A DNA stretch of 63,196 nucleotides, counting the filler, from Stramenopiles sp. TOSAG23-3 (taxonomy: Eukaryota), in the NCBI GenBank assembly GCA_900128585.1. It is 7 parts of 7 records of this genome, joined end to end, with 100 filler letters (N's around TTAATTAATTAA, not from the genome) between each part and the next. Parts side by side here need not be neighbours in the genome. Positions count along the whole stretch, not along the records: positions 11,987 to 23,849 come from LT642722.1; positions 23,950 to 35,778 come from LT642723.1; 5 more parts are not named here. The stretch is one strand, 5' to 3'. Positions within the stretch are counted from its first letter, which is position 1, and each line of letters begins with the position of its first letter. A model generated the notes under the pieces. It ran no database searches. It was not told the origin of the DNA and saw only the letters and a program-made list of their open reading frames with translations. Of the stretch, positions 20,498 to 31,222 are shown piece by piece. The position numbers and the translations under genes were made by a program.

Positions 20498-23400
20498 ATG
20501 GCAGGACGGCGTGCACCGAGGAGGAGGATGGACCGCCAGCGTAGTTTTGTCCAGCTCGTAGTAGCCTTTCTCCTAGTTTTCGTCTCCCTTTCCCATGCAT
20601 TGGACAGTGGCAAATCGACCAGTGAGAAGACGGCCGCCAAAGGAAAGACCATGCTCCGGTCTCAGGCTGGTGCTCTGCTGAAACGGGACGGGGCCTCGGC
20701 ATTAGGAGGAGGGGGAAACGCCAATAACGTGGTAGTCCAGCAAGCGGCCGTTGCGGGGAACACCGGGTCCCAGGCGCACCAGTGCCCCGCGGAGAACGTC
20801 GAAGACCTGGAAGAGGACGACTTTACGTCCGTTTTCAAGACCGGGCTGCCCAAAGACTACTTTGTATATTTTTTCAAGCCGAACGAGCCCAACTGCGAGG
20901 CCTTCGCGCCCAAGTACGACTGTGTTGGGACGGAATACAAGCCGCTCGCGTCGACCACGCACGTGGCCAAGTTTCCAGCGTCCGACCACCCCGTGGTGCG
21001 GGACGAGTATGACATCACGGTGTACCCGACCTTACGGTTTTTTCCAAAGGGGTACATCCACACGCCGAACGCGCAAGGCATAGAGTATAGTGGGGAGATG
21101 GAGAAGGACAACGTCGCCGCGTGGGTCCACGTCATGCGTGGGAAAACGGCGAAAAACGTTGCGGACCACGTCCCCGCGACCAACAGCATACAGATAGGCA
21201 CCACGCCCGGGGCGTCGGACGTGATGGAAGACGGGAAATCCAAGGCCGACATGCCCATGTCCAAGACTACCGCCACGGAAGACATGCTTTACTTGCAAGT
21301 GGAGGACCCCTCCGTCGATCAGGCACTGCTGTGCGGGGAGAAGGGCCTCGCGTCGGGAAAGTGCATGAAGGCCGTGTCCACGACGGAGAAAATCTGCCAA
21401 GTGCGAATTGCACGGCCGACGGGGGAGGCCGGCCGGGCGAAGGGCGGGCACCGGCTGTGGTACAAGTGCATTTCCGCAGGGACGTGCAACATAGCGGCGG
21501 AGGTTATGTCCGCGCCAGAGCCTGCGATGTTTCACTTCAAACACGAGTGCACGGCGGCCGCGCGGGTGGGGTTTAAGATCGGCACCGTCACGGGCACCGG
21601 GGACGTGGTGAACAACGGGTTCGTGGATCAAGACTGGAGCCTGGGAACGGCCGACCCGAAGGCGACGGCGCAAGGGGAAGAGTCCTCGATGACGTTTTCC
21701 TTGATCGACACCGTAGAGGCTGGCGGGTTTGACGTTCGCCCCGTCAAAGTGCAAGTCGGGGACACCGACCTCGTCACCGTCAAAGTCACCGGGGACATCC
21801 CGACCGTGGAGAGCACGCTCCGCCCGAACGTGTACCTGAACCACCCCAAAGTGTACAACGCGGCGCTGGAAAAGCCTGCCTCCATGAGCAGCGTGTGGAA
21901 CGGCCACGCGGCCAGCAAGGCCGTGGACGGCTCGCACGGGACCCCTGGGGAATCCCACCTTGCCTGTGCGATCACGGGGAAGCACGGGGAGGACCCGGAG
22001 CCGTACTGGGAAGTGGACTTGGGCACCGACGTTGCAAAGAACGAAATAGTGAAACACATCCGTGTCTGGAACACGCCCTCCCTGGACACGCAGTACCGCC
22101 TGGCTCCGGTGGTGGTCCTTGTCTCCGCAGAGCCCCTGCCGAGGGGGTTGAAGGCCGCGCAAGAGAAGGCCTTGTACTCGAAAAGTTTTTCCGACATCAA
22201 AGCCGTGTACGACTATGTCTTGCCCGCCAACGACGCCTTCGCCCGGTACGTCCGCGTCCAACTGGTGAACAAGGACTTCCTGCAGCTGGCGGAAGTGGAA
22301 GTGTTCGTTGTCCCGTCGGACATTCGTTGCGAAGACCCGATCAGCGACCACGGCTTTGCCATCTGCGCAAAGGGCGGCGTGAACCAGCCGGTCTCCTCAA
22401 AATTAGAATTCACGTGCAAGCGCCCGGGGACCACAAACGTCCAGATGACCGTCCCGTTGTTCCCGCAGTACCACCCCAACAATCCGCTGAAGTACGCCTT
22501 TCAAAAGAAATGCAGCGCCGAGGCCGCGGTCGACTTTCTCGTGGGCAACAGCAAGGATGGGGGCGAAATCGTGGACGCCGGGGTGGTGGAGCGCGGCTTT
22601 GTGCACGCCAAGACGGTGAAGGAGGCCTTGAAGACGGAGAAACGAAAGGTCATATCGGGCGACGAGCGCGTGCTTGTCATGTACATGCAGGCCAAGAAGG
22701 ATTCGACCCAGACCATTAAATGGCCGAACATGACCGTCCACCAGGACGACAAGGCGATGAACCCGACGCTGATACCATGGCACTTGAAGCCCGACGATCT
22801 GACCGTAAAGGACACCCCCACCGGAGTCAACGTTTCGTTTGGTTGCGTGAAAAAAGGGTTTGGAATGGTCAACTTCAAGCTGACCTACACCCCGATTTTC
22901 CAACCGTACTCTCCGATCCAATACAGCATCCTGAAGGAGTGTGGCGGCAGGCCCGTGGGGCTGAATGTCCACATGGCCGGGCAAGGGAAGGAAGAGGGGA
23001 CGGGGAAAACCATCCCGGCGTTTTCCGAGGAAAAGAACCTGGTAGCGATCGTCGACGGTGTCGCACAGAAGGATTTCTCCGACGAGGACAAGACGGTGGG
23101 CCCGGGGCAGGTGCCGGAAGAGGAAGCCTCCACGACGTTTTACCTTGATGTCCCCCCGACAGAGTTAGAGTACGCCGAAGGGCACCGAAGTGCGCCCAAA
23201 ACCACGTGCCGGAGCTCGCTGTTTAGCCAATGCCGCCAGCTGCAGAAGTCTCATACGCATGGCGCGCCCGTTCGCGCCTCGTGCGAGCCTAACATTTGCA
23301 GCGGGGACGTCTTCGGCCTGACGCACGGGCCGGTAATGTCAGGGGAGGCGGTGGGCAGTGGTGCGTCGGCGCCGGAAGAGTTGGAAGCCGCCAACGGCAA

Positions 23401-23677
23401 AATACCCATGAAAGTCCACTACCATTGCACGAAACGGGCCAAGACGACGGTTACGTTGACGTTTCAGAACGAGTTTTACGACCCCGTCTCCGTATCATAC
23501 GTGAAGCACTGCTACCCTTGGACCCACACGACATGGGGACGAGTGGTGGTTTGGACCAGTGGCATCCTCGGCTCCGTAGGATTTATTTGTGCCATTTTGT
23601 TTGTCGGGGGGCAGAAATCTCTCTACCACAGGATGGCGCATGGAAACAGTATCGACTACATGGAATTGGAAGAGTAA
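20498..23677 (+). CDS. Type I membrane protein: signal peptide, thioredoxin-like domain, four C...KxC repeats, F5/8C (fucolectin-like) domain, C-terminal TM
   Basis: Trx-fold segment FVYFFKPNEPNCEAFAPKY...YPTLRFFPKG; F5/8C segment NAALEKPASMSS...ASKAVDG...PYWEVDLG...ARYVRVQL...LQLAEVEVF; TM segment VVVWTSGILGSVGFICAILFVG. Confidence 0.85.
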   Translation: MAGRRAPRRRMDRQRSFVQLVVAFLLVFVSLSHALDSGKSTSEKTAAKGKTMLRSQAGALLKRDGASALGGGGNANNVVVQQAAVAGNTGSQAHQCPAENVEDLEEDDFTSVFKTGLPKDYFVYFFKPNEPNCEAFAPKYDCVGTEYKPLASTTHVAKFPASDHPVVRDEYDITVYPTLRFFPKGYIHTPNAQGIEYSGEMEKDNVAAWVHVMRGKTAKNVADHVPATNSIQIGTTPGASDVMEDGKSKADMPMSKTTATEDMLYLQVEDPSVDQALLCGEKGLASGKCMKAVSTTEKICQVRIARPTGEAGRAKGGHRLWYKCISAGTCNIAAEVMSAPEPAMFHFKHECTAAARVGFKIGTVTGTGDVVNNGFVDQDWSLGTADPKATAQGEESSMTFSLIDTVEAGGFDVRPVKVQVGDTDLVTVKVTGDIPTVESTLRPNVYLNHPKVYNAALEKPASMSSVWNGHAASKAVDGSHGTPGESHLACAITGKHGEDPEPYWEVDLGTDVAKNEIVKHIRVWNTPSLDTQYRLAPVVVLVSAEPLPRGLKAAQEKALYSKSFSDIKAVYDYVLPANDAFARYVRVQLVNKDFLQLAEVEVFVVPSDIRCEDPISDHGFAICAKGGVNQPVSSKLEFTCKRPGTTNVQMTVPLFPQYHPNNPLKYAFQKKCSAEAAVDFLVGNSKDGGEIVDAGVVERGFVHAKTVKEALKTEKRKVISGDERVLVMYMQAKKDSTQTIKWPNMTVHQDDKAMNPTLIPWHLKPDDLTVKDTPTGVNVSFGCVKKGFGMVNFKLTYTPIFQPYSPIQYSILKECGGRPVGLNVHMAGQGKEEGTGKTIPAFSEEKNLVAIVDGVAQKDFSDEDKTVGPGQVPEEEASTTFYLDVPPTELEYAEGHRSAPKTTCRSSLFSQCRQLQKSHTHGAPVRASCEPNICSGDVFGLTHGPVMSGEAVGSGASAPEELEAANGKIPMKVHYHCTKRAKTTVTLTFQNEFYDPVSVSYVKHCYPWTHTTWGRVVVWTSGILGSVGFICAILFVGGQKSLYHRMAHGNSIDYMELEE

Positions 23678-23950
23678 AAGCCTTTGTTGGCAAGGTGTTT
23701 AAGTGTACAGTTCCGAAGTTTTTGTAAATTTTATAAATAAGAAGCACACATTAAAAGTGTGCGAGATTAAAGTAGTAATGGGGGGATTTTTGGTAAAATC
23801 TCAAATCCAAAAATTTAAAAAAAATATTTCATTTTAGCACGGTATACCANNNNNNNNNNNNNNNNNNNNNNNNNNNNNNNNNNNNNNNNNNNNTTAATTA
23901 ATTAANNNNNNNNNNNNNNNNNNNNNNNNNNNNNNNNNNNNNNNNNNNNG

Positions 23951-25495
23951 AAAGTGGCGTCAGAGCATGAAGCTGAGGAGAGCGAAACTGCGGAGACTTA
24001 CGAGAAAAAGTACGCGGGGGAAGCGATATGGAACCCGGACGTCAAAGTGCCGAGGAGCTGGCTGAAAGAGAGCAAGGCCGCCAGGTTTGTTGACAACCAC
24101 GTAAACGTTCCTTACGAACTGTTGCGGAAGAAGACGCTTTCCACGATTAGAAAGAATTTTACCACATTTTGCTCCGCGGTGGTCTCGGAAGATAACCCCG
24201 AAGCCTTGCACCAAGCATTCGAAAAGTGGTACTTTACGTCGAAAAGCAAAGAAGCAAAGGGCGATTTTATGGACCCCTTATTGGCGAGCAAAATTGACGA
24301 AGGTGCGGAGCAAGTGTTGGCAAACAACCTAGCAGACCTGGGGCGGGTGGCGCCAGCTACGGCGCTGTCGACGGCACGACAAGTCTCCAAGGCCTTAACG
24401 CGGGCCAATTTTGTGTTCAAACGGCAGGTGTCGCACTTCGGGTACAGGTTCTACGAGCCGCAAACGAAGCGGCGGCGGGGGGAAAAGCATGTCTCGAAGA
24501 AGAAAGGCGTCAATATGGGAAATGAGACAATCGATGAAAGCATGATCCAGCTGAAGTATCGCAAAAGCAAGGTGAGGATCACTGTACAGCACTACGAAAA
24601 GTTAGAGGCCCTTCTGAAACTTAGGTGCGGGGATGGGCTTACCCAGAAAGACGAGCGCATATTTTGTTTGTTGAGTAGGTATGGTGCCATCAACGGGGAG
24701 CATGCCCAAGGCGCTGGGTTCCAAGCAGCGCTGCCGGGGTCATGCTTTGATGTCCTGCTGAAGCATTTGGATTGTCGGATGGAGTGCTTTGCAAGCCCGC
24801 TGAACTGCCGCTATCCTAAATTTTGCAGCGCATTCAAGGACACGGATGCCGCGTTTGGTTCCGTTGGCAGCTTTTTCGAAGACTTTCATCCTCGCGAAGG
24901 GTCGTTTGAAGCGAATCCCCCCTTCGTCGATGGGTTGATAGAAAAAATGGCCGAGCGGATGGATTCCTTTCTGGACGATTCTTCCAGCGGCCCGCTGTCT
25001 TTCGTTGTCATCATCCCCAAGTGGGACTCCACGAAAGGCTGGCTGCGGCTGCACAATTCGAAATTCTTAAGGCGGCACATATGTTTGAAGTCTCGCGAGC
25101 ACGGCTACACAGAAGGGGCCCAGCACGTCTTGCACTCGCGGTACCGAATTTCCACTTGCGACACGAGCATTTTCTTTCTACAAAATAGATTAGGAAAGAA
25201 GAAATGGAAAGTATCGGACGAGCTAGAGGAAGAAATTGAAAAGGCTTTCGTGAGCAGGCATTTAAAAAAGGGCATCGCATTATCAGCCCAAGGACCAGGC
25301 GAAGACTCTTCGGGCCAAGTGAAGGATGAGCCCCATGAAAGGGACACTACAAATGAGATCGACGACATTTTCAAGACCAGCCGTGGACAAAAGCACTCTC
25401 GTCGTCGCGCCGAGGAAGGCGGCGACGATGACGACGATCATCCGAGGAAGAAGACGAAGAAGAAAAAGAAGAAAAAGAAGAAAAAGAAAGAGTAA
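23951..25495 (+). CDS. PCIF1: PCIF1/CAPAM-like cap-specific adenosine N6-methyltransferase (5' truncated)
   Basis: Motifs RIFCLLSRY, GFQAALP, ECFASPLN, FCSAFKDTDAAFGSVGSFF, GSFEANPPF, GPLSFVVIIPKW, HGYTEGAQH and FLQN. Confidence 0.9.
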   Translation, partial: KVASEHEAEESETAETYEKKYAGEAIWNPDVKVPRSWLKESKAARFVDNHVNVPYELLRKKTLSTIRKNFTTFCSAVVSEDNPEALHQAFEKWYFTSKSKEAKGDFMDPLLASKIDEGAEQVLANNLADLGRVAPATALSTARQVSKALTRANFVFKRQVSHFGYRFYEPQTKRRRGEKHVSKKKGVNMGNETIDESMIQLKYRKSKVRITVQHYEKLEALLKLRCGDGLTQKDERIFCLLSRYGAINGEHAQGAGFQAALPGSCFDVLLKHLDCRMECFASPLNCRYPKFCSAFKDTDAAFGSVGSFFEDFHPREGSFEANPPFVDGLIEKMAERMDSFLDDSSSGPLSFVVIIPKWDSTKGWLRLHNSKFLRRHICLKSREHGYTEGAQHVLHSRYRISTCDTSIFFLQNRLGKKKWKVSDELEEEIEKAFVSRHLKKGIALSAQGPGEDSSGQVKDEPHERDTTNEIDDIFKTSRGQKHSRRRAEEGGDDDDDHPRKKTKKKKKKKKKKKE

Positions 25496-26643
25496 AAGAG
25501 CCCACCCAAATTAATCTTAATCAAAATAATACTGTGCCAACCCAGCATTATTAAGCTTATTATTACTAAGAGACGCCATCCAAAGAAAGACGACTGCTCT
25601 TGTTTTAAATAATTATCATAGTTGTTTTTGTGTATATGATAGTAAATAATTACTTATTACGTATGATACGAGGGTATCTATCATAGAAATATACGTTAGT
25701 CGTCTACGAGGAGTATATTGTACATTGTAATCTCAATTATTTCTTTCTTCTTCTTTTCTATTCGAACTTTTTGTTCTTGTTGTGTTGTGTTGTGTGTGTC
25801 CCTCATATTAAATTATTTTATATAAAATAATAATAAGCTGTGATGACACCATTCCTTCTTCTTCTTCTTAAGCTTTTTATTAAATAATTATTTTTTTAAT
25901 TAATTTTTGAAAAGAAAAAAGAATAAAAAGGAGATATATTATACAATACAAAAATAAGGTAATTAAATAAATAGGCGTTAAAGTATACAAGTACATAATG
26001 TAATACAATACAGTAATAATAATAAATAGGAAGTAATACTTAATAGAATACTATTATATAGTACTATTTATATAATAGTACTAACTTTTAACGCTTCTTC
26101 TTCTTCCTTTTATTTTTCAACTTTTACTGATGCTGTGATGATGATGGAGGAGGAGAAGATAAAAGAAGTATTCAAAAAAAAAAAAATATTATTTTTATTA
26201 TTTCAATTATTTCTTCTTCTTTCTCTTCTTACATATATATATACGGTAGAGGAGAGAGAGAAGAGGAGAGAGAGAAGAGGAGAGAGAGAAGAGGAGAGAG
26301 AGAAGACGATTATTATTTATTATTATTATTTTATTATGTATATCAATGTTTTGAACTAAAACTAAAAACGATGAAGAAATCAAAAAGAAAAAAAATAGAT
26401 GACGTTCAAACAAACAAGTTTTGAAATATTCCCAATTTGATTCACGTTTTTTTTCTTTAGAGAGAGAGGAGACGTACGCGAACGTGTAGTTCTATTTTTA
26501 TTTCTACTACTACATACCCGGTTCTGTTTGTTTCGTACTTGCGGGGGGTTGTTGACAAATCCACCACTATATATACAGCAGAACGAAGCTTGGGGACCGT
26601 GCACAACGTTTTGGCGTACGTTTGACCCAAGGGATTAGACGCG

Positions 26644-28674
26644 ATGAGTTCTCTGCTCGACCGCCTGCTGTCGGTCGCGAAAGACTTCGAAGCGGAGCGT
26701 TTTCAGGAGCAAGTGGAGCATAAAAAGGAGTTGCGCACGATTGAGCAGCAGATGCGGACCCTGCGCGAAACGTCTCAGAACCGTTTGGAAGAAATATCGT
26801 TCCTGGAGGCCCAGTTAGAGAACGCTCACGCAGAGAACAAAGAGCTTCACCTGTCTTTGGAGAAGTCTACGGAGGACGGAAACGCGAGCGAACGGGTGGG
26901 GCTGATCCGGGAGATCGTCGCGTTGCGCTTTCTCGCAGCGGACCTGGCGGCGAAGAATAAAATATTGGAAAGCAGGGACAAGGAGAACGCGAACTCTGCG
27001 AACACCGAAGACAAGGACGGCGTGAAGACCGACGGGGAGGCGGGCGAACGTCCCCCGAAGGGCCTTTCCTTTGTTTCGGAAGATAAGGTCAACGCCCTTG
27101 CGAGCAGGCAGTCGTTCTATGATGCCGTGTTGGTGGGGGACAAGGACAAAATGCTGTCCATTCTTCAGCCCGGCGTCACGTTCCAAGACGAATTTTTAGG
27201 GATTGTCAACAGCGCACTGTTGAAAGGGTGCGGTGGGGCCAGTTTGAACAGTGCTGCTCCCAAGACCACCACCGCGGATTCGTTGCCTTTGGAAGGCAGC
27301 GGGGCCGCCGTGGGGGGCAAGAAGGCCCTTGGCGAAGGGAAACAGATGGAGGTAATAGACGTTTTGCTCGCGGCGGGGGCAACCATGACTGCGCGGGGCA
27401 GCGCTGCCGGGGCCGCGAACAATGCCGGGGGCACGAAGAGCCTCACGCCCCTGCATGCCGCGGCCGGCTCCGGGTCCGCGCTTGTGGTCGAATCCATCCT
27501 GGCCCAGCCGGGGGTCAACGTGAACGCTCTCGACGGTGAGAACCAGACTGCAATGCACATGGCAGCTCACGCTACGGCCAAGGCGTCGACGGCGGCGATC
27601 CTGAAGGCGCTTCTGATGGCCGGGTGTGATTTGACGATCGCAAACAAGGAGGGAAAGACTGCGATGGACATCCTGGAGTCCATCGCGGCGCAGGAAGAGA
27701 CCAAACATCCCGAGCAGAGCGCCGTGGTGGCCCGAGTGAATTCCGCCATAGAGTCCTTCAAGGACCCCACTACAAGGTTCTGGAACTGCAGCGTGCGCGC
27801 GTTCGACGCGTACAGCTCCGAAAACTTCAAGGTTGCCCTGGACGTGTACGCCGAGGCGATCCAGCTCGTGACAGAGTTCGGCCTCCCCGTGTCGAAAGAA
27901 GACCAGTCCCGCCTGTACTACAACCGTGCCCGCGCGTTGTGCCATTTGAACCAGCGCTTGAAAGCGGTGGAGGACCTAGAGTCTGCGCTGGACCTGTCCT
28001 CGGAGTACACGAATGCCCGCGCTTTGCTGGCGCAGTGCCATTTCGAACTGTTTCAGTACGACCGGTGCGTTCAGGGCCTGAAGGTCGTGCTCGAGAAGGA
28101 CCGGACCAACGCCAAATGGAGCAAACTCATAGGGGAGGCACGGCGGCTGCGGGATGCGTCCCACTACGACGTGCTCGGGATAACACGGGGCACGGACGAG
28201 GCCGGGATCAAGAAGGCCTACCGCCGCGGAAGCATCAAGTGGCACCCGGACAAGCATAGGGACCACCCGGACAACACCGCGAGGGCGAACACGATGTTCA
28301 AACGCGTGAACGAGGCCAACCAAGTCTTGGGTGATTCGTACAAGAAGTTGCTGTACGACGTGGAGCTGGACCGAAAGAAGGACGAGTTCAAGCAGCCGGC
28401 TGCACCTGCGCCCCGCCGGGCGAGCGCACGGAGCGAGTTTGAGTCTCGTTACCCACCCCCGTCCAGCGCGGCACGACGGAGCAGCAAGGCGTCCATGGGG
28501 GGGCAGAGGGACGTGTTCAAGGAGATATTCTCTCGGAGGGACATGGACGATTTGGAAGAGGAATACAACAATTGGCAGAGGGTGAGCGTCGATACGCACG
28601 GGGTCATGTCCTCGGACGGGGCCAGCTCCGACTACTACGATGAAGAAGACGAGGAAGAGATCTTCGGGTATTAG
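26644..28674 (+). CDS. Coiled-coil + ankyrin + TPR + DnaJ domain protein
   Basis: Ankyrin repeats (LTPLHAAAGSG, NQTAMHMAA, GKTAMD), TPR segments (LYYNRARAL, ARALLAQC) and a J domain (HYDVLGI...IKKAYRR...WHPDK). Confidence 0.92.
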   Translation: MSSLLDRLLSVAKDFEAERFQEQVEHKKELRTIEQQMRTLRETSQNRLEEISFLEAQLENAHAENKELHLSLEKSTEDGNASERVGLIREIVALRFLAADLAAKNKILESRDKENANSANTEDKDGVKTDGEAGERPPKGLSFVSEDKVNALASRQSFYDAVLVGDKDKMLSILQPGVTFQDEFLGIVNSALLKGCGGASLNSAAPKTTTADSLPLEGSGAAVGGKKALGEGKQMEVIDVLLAAGATMTARGSAAGAANNAGGTKSLTPLHAAAGSGSALVVESILAQPGVNVNALDGENQTAMHMAAHATAKASTAAILKALLMAGCDLTIANKEGKTAMDILESIAAQEETKHPEQSAVVARVNSAIESFKDPTTRFWNCSVRAFDAYSSENFKVALDVYAEAIQLVTEFGLPVSKEDQSRLYYNRARALCHLNQRLKAVEDLESALDLSSEYTNARALLAQCHFELFQYDRCVQGLKVVLEKDRTNAKWSKLIGEARRLRDASHYDVLGITRGTDEAGIKKAYRRGSIKWHPDKHRDHPDNTARANTMFKRVNEANQVLGDSYKKLLYDVELDRKKDEFKQPAAPAPRRASARSEFESRYPPPSSAARRSSKASMGGQRDVFKEIFSRRDMDDLEEEYNNWQRVSVDTHGVMSSDGASSDYYDEEDEEEIFGY

Positions 28675-29665
28675 AAGAACGCGCGCGAGCGCACGCCAGA
28701 AATGTTTATTCCGCCGCTGCCTTTAGAAGACTACACGTGTGTGTTGAAAAGTATGCCCCCCCCTGTTTGTGTTTGTATTTATTGTTCAAAAATGAAAGTA
28801 ACTCTTAAAGTTTTATTTTTCGAGGAACTTTCTGACAAAACCAAATATACTACGTTGGTATTTTACCCGGATACTGTTTATCTTGGATTCAATATAATAT
28901 CCCCGTTGGACTCCTCGTAAATTTTAGTTTGATCGTTGTCGTCTATATAATAACAGCCAATTTTCTTGTTTTTATGATATATTATTATAAGTATTTCAAA
29001 TATTTCAAAAGGAAACTATTTATTATTATAATTTAAACACCGTGCTGTGTATATATATAGTATTGTTCAATTATAAATTACTAGTCGTCTTTCTCCAACT
29101 GCCGTGCGTGGGTTGTTCTATATAGGACAAATATATGTAATAAGTATATAAAATAATATACTTATATATTTAAATAGTCTAACACTGAGGAGATGAATTT
29201 TTATTTTTCACACAGTTGTTATTTAGTATAATAGTTATTTATATAAGCTATATAGTGTACATAATAATAATAGCATCGAAATAAAAAAAGAGAAGAATAA
29301 TGAAATACATTTTAATCTCTCCAAGAGTTAAAAAATAACATAGGAATACAAGGAAGAAACCAAATATTACGGCGGCGGCTGGCAGTTAGTTGAAGTACGA
29401 CGAAGTAAGAAGAAGAACGAAAAAGAAGAAGAAGTAGTAGTAGGGTTCTCCGTTCTCCTCCTCCCATCCAGATGATTTTAAAAAATGAAGAAGTACGAAA
29501 GTGGTATGTATGTGTACATGTATGGGGGTATATATAATTTATTAAAATATTCGTTTCATGTTCCGTTCGTTTACAGAAAGATTAATATCAATTTAGGTGG
29601 TGCAACAGTTAGTTTTGATTTTGTATCAACAATATTCTTTCCTTGTTCAGTGTTCGTACGCGAAC

Positions 29666-31222
29666 ATGCCGTTTCATTTTAGGACCCTGGGCGCAGGCCT
29701 GAGGCTTGCCCCTCGAACGCGGCGCTTGTTCCTCGGGCTGGTGGGTGGCACGAGCAGTGCGTTGGTCGCAACGTTCTTGGCAAAGGAGGCCGAACACGCA
29801 GAATCGAGTGGAATGCCGGCAGGTTCCGGGTCGGTGTTGTTGAAGAGATGGCTGAAAGAAAACGGGGTATCCGTAGAGGGGTCAGAGACTGTCGGCAAGG
29901 TATATTCCGGTCCAATCGTACACTCTAACAAGTTCGGGCCTGTGGAAATTTTGGAGGAAGGGGTCGTTGGCGTCAGCGAGGATGGGAAAATTTTGTTTGT
30001 TTTTGACGAAAGCGAGGCGAAGAAGAAGTTGGCAAGCCTAAAGTTGGGCAGCGAACTAAACGTTTGCCGGCTCGGCAAACGGTTTTTGATCCCTGGGTTT
30101 GTCGACGGGCACGCCCACGCCCCCCAGCACACGTTCACCGGGACCGGGCTGGACCTTCCACTCTTGCAGTGGCTGATGACGTACACCTTCCCCGCCGAGG
30201 CAAAGTTCAAGGACCCTGACTACGCCAAAACAATGTACCGGAAAGCCGTCATGTCGCACTTGAAAAATGGTTCGACGACCGTGAGTTACTTTGCGACCAT
30301 TCATTTGGAGGCGTCGAAAGAGTTGGCAAATATTGTGGAAGAGCTGGGGCAGCGGGCGTACGTCGGGAAGGTCAACATGGACCGCAATAGCCCGGATTAC
30401 TACTGCGAGACTACGAAAGGCTCTCTGAGAGACACGATGTCGTTTGTCCAGTTCATCCACGCCATGAACAACCCGCTAGTCACGGCCGTAATTACCCCCC
30501 GGTTCGTCCCGTCTTGCACCCCGGACTTGATGAGAGGGCTGGGCATCATTTCGAGAAGCTTCGGGCTGCCCGTGCAGTCCCATATGTCGGAATCCATCGC
30601 GGAAGTGAAGTGGGTCGCCGACTTGCACCCCGACTGCAAAAACTATGGCTCGGTCTACGACAAGTACGACTTGTTCCATGAAAACACGTACATGGCCCAC
30701 TGCATTCACTGCGGCTCATCGGAAAGGGACTTGGTCCTGAGGAATGGCGTTGGCATTGTCCATTGCCCGTTGTCCAACTTTTCCATCGCCTCCGGCCTTT
30801 GCAACGTCCGCGAATGGGTGGAGGAAGGGCACATCGTTGGCCTAGGAACGGACGTCTCCGGCGGCTACTCTCCCTCTATACTGACTGCCATTCGACACGG
30901 GCGGATTGCCTCGATCGAAGTGGCAAGAAAGAACGGATTTGAAGGCGAAAACGCCATCAAAAAGGCCCTCACCTTCGACGAGCTGTTCTTCTTAGCAACC
31001 CTCGGAGGCGCGCAAGTGTTGGGGCTGGACGACAAGATTGGAAACTTTCAGGTCGGGAAAGAGTTTGATGCCCTCGTCGTTGATGCGTACCGCGAAGGTG
31101 GCCCAATCTGCGATTACGAAAACGAGAACGAAACAACTCGAACTCGGTTTGAAAAGTTTCTGACCCTTGGCGACGACAGGAACATTACAGAAGTTTACGT
31201 TAAAGGAAAACAGTGCATTTAA
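29666..31222 (+). CDS. GDA: Guanine deaminase (amidohydrolase superfamily)
   Basis: Motifs PGFVDGHAHAPQ, LPLLQWLMTYTFPAE, ITPRFVPSC, QSHMSES, MAHCIH, HCPLSN and GLGTDVSGG. ATG 29666 starts a presequence-like leader. Confidence 0.93.
   Translation: MPFHFRTLGAGLRLAPRTRRLFLGLVGGTSSALVATFLAKEAEHAESSGMPAGSGSVLLKRWLKENGVSVEGSETVGKVYSGPIVHSNKFGPVEILEEGVVGVSEDGKILFVFDESEAKKKLASLKLGSELNVCRLGKRFLIPGFVDGHAHAPQHTFTGTGLDLPLLQWLMTYTFPAEAKFKDPDYAKTMYRKAVMSHLKNGSTTVSYFATIHLEASKELANIVEELGQRAYVGKVNMDRNSPDYYCETTKGSLRDTMSFVQFIHAMNNPLVTAVITPRFVPSCTPDLMRGLGIISRSFGLPVQSHMSESIAEVKWVADLHPDCKNYGSVYDKYDLFHENTYMAHCIHCGSSERDLVLRNGVGIVHCPLSNFSIASGLCNVREWVEEGHIVGLGTDVSGGYSPSILTAIRHGRIASIEVARKNGFEGENAIKKALTFDELFFLATLGGAQVLGLDDKIGNFQVGKEFDALVVDAYREGGPICDYENENETTRTRFEKFLTLGDDRNITEVYVKGKQCI

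Noticed and set aside
20860-20910. Thioredoxin-like active site as a possible Sec or redox motif
   Set aside because: It reads EPNC with no TGA and only one Cys, so it is treated as a redox-inactive Trx fold.
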